From positions 17,982 to 81,981 of the forward strand of contig CAYYAQ010000003.1 of NCBI GenBank assembly GCA_964469555.1: DNA of 64,000 bases, written 5' to 3'. The translations under genes and the position numbers were made by a program. Origin of the DNA: an uncultured candidatus Brocadiaceae bacterium (GTDB lineage Bacteria > Planctomycetota > UBA1135 > UBA2386). Shown here piece after piece: positions 26,560-34,664 of the stretch; positions within the stretch are counted from its first letter, which is position 1; each line of letters begins with the position of its first letter. The notes below the pieces were generated by a model. It saw only the letters and a program-made list of their open reading frames with translations. It was not told where the DNA came from and searched no databases.

Positions 26560-28155
26560 GTGCCGAAACCCGACGATTTCACGCCGAGTCACCGCGAGGC
26601 CGAGATCGTCGACGTCCATCCTGCACGGCTCCTCCTGGGCCTGATCGTGGCGGGGGTCCTCGGTTTCGCGAGCCTCTACTTGCCATTCCCGAGCGATGTG
26701 AATGTGACAGTCGGCGGTCTCGCGGTCGGCGTGACCGTGCTCACGGCCTGGTGTTGGCTGACCCGCTGCCTGCCGATGGCGCCGTCTTCGCTGATTCCGC
26801 TGGCGGCGTTCCCGTTGCTCGGGGTCAGCAACACAAAGTCCGTCGCCACGTCCTACGCCCACCCGATCCTCTGGCTGTTCTTCGGTGGATTCATCCTCGC
26901 CATGGCCATCGAGCGATGGGGCCTGCACCGCCGACTCGCGTTGCACATCATCTCGCGCATCGGACTCCGTCCGCGGCGTCTCGTGCTCGGGTTCATCGTC
27001 TCCGGGTTGTTCCTCTCGATGTGGATCAGCAACACCGCGACGAGTCTGATGCTGCTTCCCATCGGTGTCGCGCTGATCGACCGGATCCGGCGGTTGGGCG
27101 TGTTGGGAGAAGCCGCATGCAAACGTCTTTCCACCGCGTTGCTCCTGGGATTGGCGTACGGGTGCTCTCTCGGGGGGATGGCGACTCCGATCGGAACGGC
27201 GCCGAACTTGCTCTTCCTCGCGAACTACCAGGAAGCCGTGTCCCCGACCGCGCCGGACTTCTCGTTCCCTCAGTGGATCATGCTGATGTTGCCGATCGCG
27301 CTCCTCTTCGGCGTGGTCATCTGGATCAGTCTCGTCTTCTTCACGTTCAAGCTTCCGAAGGGAGACAAGAAGTCGGGTCAGTTGATCAAAGAGGAATTGC
27401 AAGCCCTGCCGCGACTCACGGTCGCTGAGAAGCGGTTGATGCTCGTGTTCGGCGTCACCGTGATTCTCTGGGTGACGCGCAAGGACGTGCCGCTATCCGC
27501 CGGCAACGTGATACCTGGGTGGGCGACGCTTCTCGGTTTCACGGGGGAGTCGAAGAACTTCGTGCAGGACGGGTCGATCGCCGTGCTCATGGCAATCCTC
27601 ACGTTCTTCATCCCGTCGGCGGGACGCGGCAGTCCGCCGCTGATGGACTGGAAGACGGCGCGTGGGCTGCCGTTCGACATCCTGTTCTTGCTCGGTGGGG
27701 GCATCGCGATCGCCGCCGTGCTCCAGCAGAGCGGGGTGTCTGCTGCGATGGCGAACGTCTTGAAGCCGATCGTCGAGAACGTTCATCCGTTCCTCGCGGT
27801 GGTCCTGACGATTACGATGATGACGTTCCTCACCGAGGTCACGAGCAACACGGCGACGACGGCGCTCATGCTCCCGATCCTCTCCGTGACGAGCGTCGCG
27901 GCTGGCCTCGATCCACGGTTGCTGATGCTGCCAGCGACGCTCGCGGCGTCGTGCGCGTTCATGCTGCCGATCGCGACACCTCCCAACGCAGTGGTGTTCG
28001 CGTCTGGTCGGTTGAAGATGGGGGAGATGGCCCGCGCGGGCTTCCTGCTCAATCTCATCAGCATCGCGCTGCTCAGTCTCGCCACGTGGTGGATTTTGGT
28101 TCCCGCCCTCGGTATCGAGCCCAAAGTCGTTCCCGAATGGTGGTTACGACGATAG
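26560..28155 (+). CDS. DASS/SLC13-family anion (di/tricarboxylate or sulfate):cation symporter
   Basis: 531 aa, highly hydrophobic, with duplicated hairpin motifs (SNTATSLMLLPI and SNTATTALMLPI / ATPPNAVVF) characteristic of DASS transporters. Confidence 0.8.
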   Translation: MPKPDDFTPSHREAEIVDVHPARLLLGLIVAGVLGFASLYLPFPSDVNVTVGGLAVGVTVLTAWCWLTRCLPMAPSSLIPLAAFPLLGVSNTKSVATSYAHPILWLFFGGFILAMAIERWGLHRRLALHIISRIGLRPRRLVLGFIVSGLFLSMWISNTATSLMLLPIGVALIDRIRRLGVLGEAACKRLSTALLLGLAYGCSLGGMATPIGTAPNLLFLANYQEAVSPTAPDFSFPQWIMLMLPIALLFGVVIWISLVFFTFKLPKGDKKSGQLIKEELQALPRLTVAEKRLMLVFGVTVILWVTRKDVPLSAGNVIPGWATLLGFTGESKNFVQDGSIAVLMAILTFFIPSAGRGSPPLMDWKTARGLPFDILFLLGGGIAIAAVLQQSGVSAAMANVLKPIVENVHPFLAVVLTITMMTFLTEVTSNTATTALMLPILSVTSVAAGLDPRLLMLPATLAASCAFMLPIATPPNAVVFASGRLKMGEMARAGFLLNLISIALLSLATWWILVPALGIEPKVVPEWWLRR

Positions 28156-28243
28156 AGCGTGTGGGGAGGTAAAGCTCTCGGCCCCGAGTGTCGATGAGAA
28201 CACCAGGTACCCCCAAACCCCCCATACCGCCGAGATTTCCCCC

Positions 28244-29665
28244 ATGGTCCTGATCGCTGCCGCGTTGGCTCTCACCCTTTGGCAGGAGCCGCAAGCCGGC
28301 ACCCAGAAGAAACCACCACCGAAGGATGTCATCCATCTGGTGGGGGGCGAAGAGTTCGTTGGGACGATCCTCAAGCGAGTCGGCAACTACATCGAGATCA
28401 AGCTCGACCAGGGCACGATCGTCGGTTTCGAGCGTTCGCGGGTGTCCTTGATTTCTCGCGGCGCCGTACAGCCCGCGGCCACGAAGTCAGTTCTCGGTCC
28501 CCGGGATGAGTGGTACCTCCTCCACGATGCGAAGGGCATGAGCGCTGGCTACATGCACAGCCTGGTGCAGGTCGACAAGGACGGTTCCGCGCACATCAGC
28601 GAGGAGTGGTATTTCACGTCGCGCCGAGGACGCATTCAGGTCACCGTGCTCGAGACCGTCGATTCCGACCTACAGCCCCGGAAGAGCTTCTACCACGAGC
28701 GGGTGCTCTCGGACGACGATCGACTCGTATCCGAGCGGCTGCTCAATGCGGAAGTTGCCGGATCGCACATCATCGTCCAGCGGCGCAGCTTGAAGGGTCG
28801 AAAAGAGCAGAAGTACCGTTTCGCCGAGACAGCGAAGTTCCCGCTCAGCTACCGTGAACAGCTACGTCAGTCGCGGGAGACGGAACTCGTCACGGCGAAC
28901 CAGGAGCTCTTTGACTCGAGGACCGGTGAGTTTCGGATCTGGAACGCTTCCAGTGTTCCGCGTCGCAATGTCGAGATCGCGGGCAGGGAGGTCCAGGTGC
29001 GCGAACTCACGATGAACGACGGGACGGGAGCGAATACCGAGTGGATCGATGCCCACCATCAGGTGGTGCGGCGCGAGGTCAACGGTGCATCGCTCGTCGC
29101 CGTGCGCGTGAGCAAGGCGCGGGCACTTCGTGCGGTTGTGAGCCGCGGCCCGACCGGACACGACCCCGCGATCGTGGCAACGGAGACCGGTGACATGGCC
29201 CTGTGGTTGCCGAACCCGATCTGGCGGGCCGGTCGACCGGACGCGAACTGTGTTACGCTCGAAGCCCGGTTGTACAACGGCAAGGCGATGCTGCTGCCGT
29301 TGGACCAGGTCCCGGCGAATGTCCAACTCGAGACCGCTGTCGATCTCATCGTGCGTTGGTTGAAACTCTCGATCGGGAAGGGGATCAAGGTGCGGAAGCG
29401 CGAAGCGATGCAGGTCCAGCGCGTCCCGGCGATTCGCTTGAATCTCGCGTGGTCAGCGACCGGCGAGGGGAGATCGGTGCCGTGGCGAGGCGTTTGCGAC
29501 GTGTTCCGCGTGCGCGGCAAGTACGCGGCCCTGTTCTGCTCCGCGCCGCTCGAGACGTTCGACGACCTGGATGGCGACTTCCGACGCATCTTGCGGACCG
29601 TGCAGCTCGACAGCCAGGACATTGAACCCGTGCAGCAGGGTCCGTTGGCTCAGCGGAGAAGGTAG
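28244..29665 (+). CDS. Hypothetical secreted/periplasmic protein
   Basis: 473 aa. Short N-terminal hydrophobic segment MVLIAAALALTLW. No motif I recognise. Coding call rests on length and codon bias only. Confidence 0.5.
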   Translation: MVLIAAALALTLWQEPQAGTQKKPPPKDVIHLVGGEEFVGTILKRVGNYIEIKLDQGTIVGFERSRVSLISRGAVQPAATKSVLGPRDEWYLLHDAKGMSAGYMHSLVQVDKDGSAHISEEWYFTSRRGRIQVTVLETVDSDLQPRKSFYHERVLSDDDRLVSERLLNAEVAGSHIIVQRRSLKGRKEQKYRFAETAKFPLSYREQLRQSRETELVTANQELFDSRTGEFRIWNASSVPRRNVEIAGREVQVRELTMNDGTGANTEWIDAHHQVVRREVNGASLVAVRVSKARALRAVVSRGPTGHDPAIVATETGDMALWLPNPIWRAGRPDANCVTLEARLYNGKAMLLPLDQVPANVQLETAVDLIVRWLKLSIGKGIKVRKREAMQVQRVPAIRLNLAWSATGEGRSVPWRGVCDVFRVRGKYAALFCSAPLETFDDLDGDFRRILRTVQLDSQDIEPVQQGPLAQRRR

Positions 29666-29734
29666 CGGGTCAGAGAGCAGCGACTCCCCCGGGGTTGGTC
29701 CCTCACGGCTCGCGGAGTCCAGGTCCTCGACGCT

Positions 29735-31255
29735 TCAGGTAATCGACCCGTAGCCGCGCAGTCGCGCTGCCGCGTGGATGTCCGGAATCAGGACGTTGTC
29801 GCGGTCGTCGAGGTCCGCGATCGTGCGGGCGATACGCAGCAATCGCACGCGCGCGCGCCCAGACATCGAGTGGATGCGGAGGACGTCTTCGACCGCGTGG
29901 CGGATGTCGTCGCTGGTTCCGACCGCGTCTTCGAGCGCGGCATCGCGCAACCGTCCGTTGGGCCAGGCGGGGCAGCGCCGATTCCTTTGCCGCTGCCGGT
30001 CGACGGCGACCAGGACCCGATCTCTCACGTGAGCGGTGGACCATTTTGGATCGCTGGGACGGTGCAGCTCGGAGGGCGGTAGCGCAGGCACTTCGATCTG
30101 CAGATCCAGGCGGTCGAGCAACGGCCCCGAGATGCGGGATCGGTAGCGCTGCCGCTGTCCCGGGTTGCAGACGCAGGGTCTCTGCCCGTGTCCGTGGTAC
30201 CCACACTGGCACGGGTTCATCGCGCAGACGAGCAGGAAGTCCGCGGGCATCGTCACCGTCTGGCGCACCCGACCGATGGTCAGTTGGCCGTCTTCGAGCG
30301 GCTGGCGTAGTCCCTCGAGCACTTCCCGACGGAACTCCGGAAGCTCGTCGAGGAAGAGCACGCCGTGTTGTGCGAGGGTCACTTCGCCGGGTCGAGGATC
30401 GGTGCCGCCGCCGAGCAAGCTGGCGCTGCTGCTCGTGTGGTGGGGGCAGCGCACTGGCCGCCGGGTGTGGTCGGGCAGTGAGCCGTTGCCACGGCAGCTC
30501 ACGGTGTGGATCTTCAGCACATCGAGAGCCTCCTCCTCTGTCGTCGGGGGCAGCAGTCCTGGGAGCCGTTGCACGAGCGCGGTCTTGCCAGAACCGGGAG
30601 GACCGACCATGAGCAGGTTGTGTCGACCGGAGGCTGCGACCATCATCGCGGTCTTGGGGGTTTCGTGGCCGCGGATGTCGGCGAGATCCTGGTACCCGAG
30701 GGACGATCGCGCACTCGGTGGCTCCGCCGGTTGGATCTTCGCCTCGCCGCGCAGGAAGCGGAGTGCGTCCCGCAGTGTGGTCACCCCGTAGGATCGCACG
30801 CCGGGCACCAGGGCCGCCACGCGCGCGCTGGTGGTATCCGTGAGCAGATGGGTCCAACCCCGTTCTCGCGCGGCCAGGGCCACCGACACCACTCCAGGCG
30901 TCGGGAGGATGTCTCCACTCAGAGAAACTTCGCCGACTGCGGCGAGTACCGATGGCGAGTCGAATTGGCCGTTCGCTGCGGCGAGTCCCAGTGCCATCGG
31001 CAGATCGAATCCGCTGCCGGTCTTGCGGACGGTGGCCGGGGTGAAGTTGATCGTCGGAACTCCCCTTGGTGGCGGGATTCCCTGCGCGCCGAAGGCACCG
31101 AGGATGCGGTAGTACGCCTCGCGCACTCCGGCGTCGGCGAGGCCGAGAATGCGGGGTGTTCCCGTGCCATTTTGGAGAGAAACCTCCAGTACGACGGGAA
31201 CTGCGTCGACGCCGCGGATGGCGCCGCAGCCGATCTTGACCGGTTGGATGGGCAT
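29735..31255 (-). CDS. comM: ComM/YifB Mg-chelatase-like AAA+ ATPase
   Basis: Start moved to internal ATG 31255 (507 aa, typical length). Lon-like N-domain (RILGLADAGVREAYYRI, GSGFDLPMALGL), Walker A MVGPPGSGKTAL, VLFLDELPEF, and a C-terminal Mg-chelatase ChlI region. The 333-nt upstream extension in the track is probably not translated. Confidence 0.88.
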   Translation of the reverse strand: MPIQPVKIGCGAIRGVDAVPVVLEVSLQNGTGTPRILGLADAGVREAYYRILGAFGAQGIPPPRGVPTINFTPATVRKTGSGFDLPMALGLAAANGQFDSPSVLAAVGEVSLSGDILPTPGVVSVALAARERGWTHLLTDTTSARVAALVPGVRSYGVTTLRDALRFLRGEAKIQPAEPPSARSSLGYQDLADIRGHETPKTAMMVAASGRHNLLMVGPPGSGKTALVQRLPGLLPPTTEEEALDVLKIHTVSCRGNGSLPDHTRRPVRCPHHTSSSASLLGGGTDPRPGEVTLAQHGVLFLDELPEFRREVLEGLRQPLEDGQLTIGRVRQTVTMPADFLLVCAMNPCQCGYHGHGQRPCVCNPGQRQRYRSRISGPLLDRLDLQIEVPALPPSELHRPSDPKWSTAHVRDRVLVAVDRQRQRNRRCPAWPNGRLRDAALEDAVGTSDDIRHAVEDVLRIHSMSGRARVRLLRIARTIADLDDRDNVLIPDIHAAARLRGYGSIT

Positions 31256-31614
31256 GCTCTTTCGCCCCTCCGGTGGTCTGGAGTGTCCAAAAGTGTCGCC
31301 GAGTTGGGGACTTTCCGCATCTTTCGGATGCGCTACGCTTGAGTTGTGAAGGTCGCCAACCTCGAAACCATCCTGCTCGAACAAGACATCGCCGAGCGTG
31401 CCGATCTCTACTGCTTGTCGTGCCGCCGTCGATTGGCTGGTGTGATGCTCGCGGATCGTTTCGCCGAGAACGGAGATCCCGAGGCCGCGCTCTCGGTATC
31501 GCTGTTGTCCGAAGACCTGCGCGACTTCCAGCAGGAACGCGGCAGCGTCAGCCTCACGTGCGGCTGCAGCATCCGCTCGACGTTCCACCTGCTCTCGTAG
31601 CCTCTCCCGGCGGG

Positions 31615-31974
31615 TCAGGCCTGCGTGAGGGTGCAGGTGATCTTCTGGATCGCTCCGATTCCGGCGCGGGAGTCCGGATGGAAGCTCTTGATCCGGTGGA
31701 GGTGGGCGATCGACTCACCCCGCAAGGTCTCTTCGCCGAATACCGCCACCACCAGATCTTCGTCCACGCTGTGAAGCCGACGGATCAGGTCCCTCGCCCG
31801 TCCGGTCGCGACGTCCGGAGTGATCACGATCAGCGCGTGGCCTCCGCGCTCGAGGAAGAGCGATTGCGCACCGGCGATGGTCGTGGTGGCGTCGACGGTG
31901 AATCCGATCGCGTCGAGGTTTTGACACAGGTTGGTGGCCGTTTCCAGCTCGTTGGCGAGCACCAGGAGGTTCAT
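31615..31974 (-). CDS. Small protein with degenerate CheY-like receiver pattern (pseudo-receiver?)
   Basis: 119 aa with a beta-alpha alternation resembling a receiver (MNLLVLANE..., ALIVITPDV..., LVVAVFGEE..., RIKSFHP). The acidic pocket and phospho-acceptor Asp positions appear substituted (NE; T). Weak call. Confidence 0.3.
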   Translation of the reverse strand: MNLLVLANELETATNLCQNLDAIGFTVDATTTIAGAQSLFLERGGHALIVITPDVATGRARDLIRRLHSVDEDLVVAVFGEETLRGESIAHLHRIKSFHPDSRAGIGAIQKITCTLTQA

Positions 31975-32152
31975 CTGCTGGGTACATCGGCAATTGAGAT
32001 CGGCGACTGTCTAGGAAATCGACGGCCCCTCCTCGGGTTTCCCACCCCGAAGCGGTCGGGTTCGGCGAGCGTGATCTCGTCGTCGTTCGCACGGGCGGTT
32101 TCGTCTCTCGCGATAGCTGTCCACGATTCCGGAGACGCGAGGTGCGCGCGTG

Positions 32153-33103
32153 TCAGAGGATCGCCTTCAGCGCGGTCGTGTCGATGTTGGCTCCGCAGAG
32201 CACGATGACGACATCCTTGCCCGCCAATCGATCCCTTTCGGCGAGGAACGCTGCGACGGCCACAGCTGCCGCCCCTTCGATTATCGTGTGATGCCGCGAC
32301 ACCGTCTCGCGCAGCGCGTCGCGGATCTCGTCTTCGGAGACCAGCACGAATTGGTCGATCGCCTCACGGCACATCTCGAACGTGATCGCGTCGGACTCCA
32401 CGCCGCCAGCCGTTCCGTCCGAGAGCGTCGGCTCCGACGGCAGGTCCAGGAGCTCGCCTGCCTCGAGCGATGCGTGCATCACGGCGGAGTTGCGCGGGGA
32501 CGCCCCGACGATCGAAATGTCCCGATCCAACGCGTGGAGGTATCCGCCCACTCCCGAGATCAGGCCGCCGCCGCCGACGGCGATGAACACCGCGTCGACA
32601 TTGTCGAACTGCTGTTCGAGTTCGCGCCCGATCGTGCCCTGGCCCGCGACGATCATCGGATCGTTGTAGGGCGAGATGTAGATGAGGTCGTGTTCCCGCG
32701 CGTGGGCCCGCGCCGCCTCTTCGGCTCGGATGCAGTCGTCGCCCGCGCACCGGACCTCCGTGCCGAACGACCGGATCGCGTCCAGCTTGGCCGGAACCGC
32801 GTTCTTTGGGGCGAAGATGAGCGACGGGCAACCGAGCTCAGCCGCCCCTCTGGCGACAGCCGCGCCGTGGTTGCCGGTGGAGGCGGCGACGACTCCCCGT
32901 GCCCGCGCGGCGTAGTCGATCGTGAGGAGCTTGTTCATCGCCCCCCGGAACTTGAACGAGCCGGTGTGCTGATGGTTCTCCATCTTCAGGTGCACGCGGC
33001 AGTTGCCGGCGTCGCTGAGCCAGGGGGAGTGCTCGACCTTGGTCCGGTGCACGAAGGGGTCGATTCGGCTGTCGGCGGCGAGGACCTCGGCGTGGATGTC
33101 CAT
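32153..33103 (-). CDS. PLP-dependent threonine/serine dehydratase family enzyme (fold type II)
   Basis: Start at internal ATG 33103 (316 aa). PLP-lysine motif HTGSFKFRGAMNKL, STGNHGAAVA, and glycine loop AVGGGGLISG. Confidence 0.85.
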   Translation of the reverse strand: MDIHAEVLAADSRIDPFVHRTKVEHSPWLSDAGNCRVHLKMENHQHTGSFKFRGAMNKLLTIDYAARARGVVAASTGNHGAAVARGAAELGCPSLIFAPKNAVPAKLDAIRSFGTEVRCAGDDCIRAEEAARAHAREHDLIYISPYNDPMIVAGQGTIGRELEQQFDNVDAVFIAVGGGGLISGVGGYLHALDRDISIVGASPRNSAVMHASLEAGELLDLPSEPTLSDGTAGGVESDAITFEMCREAIDQFVLVSEDEIRDALRETVSRHHTIIEGAAAVAVAAFLAERDRLAGKDVVIVLCGANIDTTALKAIL

Positions 33104-33455
33104 GGTTGGCAGCCTACCTGAGAGCTTGTCCGATCCCCGCGGGATCTTTGTCGGTTCCGGATTGATCGGCCCGGCGACGGTGATCGTCAAGAACGGTGAT
33201 CATTACGCGTTCTTCCGGGGCAAGGGCGCCCACCAGCCGGCGCGTTGTCGCGTCCCGGCGCAGACGAACAAGACGTTCAAGGCCTGGGACAACAACCTCC
33301 AATTCAACGGCCAAAACCGCGTCCGCCAGGTCGAGTGGCTGCAGAGGAAGGTCCTCGAGAACAAGCAGGAGGGCGTAGAGGTGCTACCGCACCAAGTAGC
33401 ATCATTTCCCCCGCGGGAAGAGATCCCGCGAGGAGATTCGAGCGTTTTGGGGAGA

Positions 33456-34664
33456 ATGGCGTGCGTGTTGGTTCGGAAGCAGATCGAGATCGCCCGCGCG
33501 GCGATGCTTCGGGAGTTGTGCAGTCCCGTTCTCGGGTCCGGGAACAGCCTGGGCCGGCGCATCGTGGAATCTTGGGGGGTGGAACCCGTGGTCGAGACCC
33601 TCTCCGTTCGCAGCGCGTTCGACCTGTATCTTGCGGAGCGCGATTGGTCTGTGGGATCGGAGATCGTCATGTCCGGCGCGAACGTTCCGGACATGACGAT
33701 CATCGCCAAGCACCACGGGCTGCGTGTTCGCGCGGTCGACTTTGATCTCTGTGAGCTGGCGCCAAGCGCGGACGCGTTCGCGCAGGCGATCGGTGCGCGC
33801 ACGCGCGCAGTCGTGTTCACGCAGCTCTTCGGCGCCCTGGTCGACCTGACTCCGATTTCACGGCTCATCCGCGAACGCGACATCGATCTCGTCGAAGACG
33901 CGGCGCAGGCTTTCGATGGCAGCTATCGCGGATACCAACAAGCCACCGTGTCCATGTTCAGTTTCGGACCGATCAAGACCCTCACGGCGCTCGGCGGTGC
34001 CGTGTCGACGGTCCGCGACCCGAAACTCGCTGACGCGATGAGAGAGCGACTTCGGCGGCAACCCGCAGCCTCGGCGCTCGCGTTCCGCAAGCGACTCGCC
34101 AAGTACATCGTGCTGACCACCATGAGCAGGCCTTGGATCCTCGGCTTCATCTCCCGCCGTCTCGCTCGTCGTGGCCGCGATCTCGACGACCTCCTCTCCG
34201 AATCCGCTCGGAGCTTCGCCGGTCGTGATCTGATCTTCGCGATTCGGGAGCGACCGAGTCGACCGCAGCGAAGATTGCTGGCGCGTCGTCTGGCGGAAGC
34301 ACACGTGACCGAGTTCCTGGCCCGGGCCGCGAAGGGCCGCCGGCTGGCCCAACGTCTCGGGGACCATGTAGACGTGCCGGGTCGTCCCGGCGTGGACCAC
34401 GCGTACTGGGTGTTTCCCGTGCTGTGCGACAATCCTGGTGAACTCGTCGCCGCGCTACGGTCTCACGGATTCGACGCGACGCGACGCGCCACGCTCGCTC
34501 CGATCGGTGCGGGCCTGCCGCGGCTCGAACGCGACTTCGGGCGGCTCGTCTACCTTCCGTTCGCAGCTAGTTACACAGACGCGGACCTGGACCGACTCGC
34601 AGACGTGGTCGAGGTTCACGCCCGCGCGCGCGTCATCCCCGGGTCGTACAGCGGCGCGGTGTGA
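33456..34664 (+). CDS. DegT/DnrJ/EryC1/StrS-like PLP-dependent aminotransferase-fold protein
   Basis: Start uncertain (ATG 33456 chosen). DLVEDAAQAFDGSY and SMFSFGPIKTLTALGGAV (SF..K PLP-lysine context) resemble the DegT family. The 3' end overlaps the convergent gene by 49 nt. Confidence 0.55.
   Translation: MACVLVRKQIEIARAAMLRELCSPVLGSGNSLGRRIVESWGVEPVVETLSVRSAFDLYLAERDWSVGSEIVMSGANVPDMTIIAKHHGLRVRAVDFDLCELAPSADAFAQAIGARTRAVVFTQLFGALVDLTPISRLIRERDIDLVEDAAQAFDGSYRGYQQATVSMFSFGPIKTLTALGGAVSTVRDPKLADAMRERLRRQPAASALAFRKRLAKYIVLTTMSRPWILGFISRRLARRGRDLDDLLSESARSFAGRDLIFAIRERPSRPQRRLLARRLAEAHVTEFLARAAKGRRLAQRLGDHVDVPGRPGVDHAYWVFPVLCDNPGELVAALRSHGFDATRRATLAPIGAGLPRLERDFGRLVYLPFAASYTDADLDRLADVVEVHARARVIPGSYSGAV

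Noticed and set aside
31256-31588. N-terminal extensions implied by ORF-track starts: comM to 31588, DMGDH-like to 37453, spermidine-synthase-like to 40922, SDR to 42356, modB from 51688, amidohydrolase from 23069, radical SAM from 49853.
   Set aside because: The extensions overlap neighbouring genes or add Arg/Pro-rich non-homologous sequence. Internal starts give family-typical lengths and N-termini, and often give ATGA/GTGA coupling with the upstream stop.
31346-31600. 84-aa plus-strand ORF in the comM upstream region. Other 60-110-aa ORFs in intergenic spacers were also considered, for example 2682-2879, 10897-11163, 17039-17351 and 28073-28386.
   Set aside because: They have no motifs and no ribosome-binding sites, and their composition is not distinguishable from non-coding GC-rich sequence. 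Several span hairpins or repeats that are better explained as regulatory or terminator elements.
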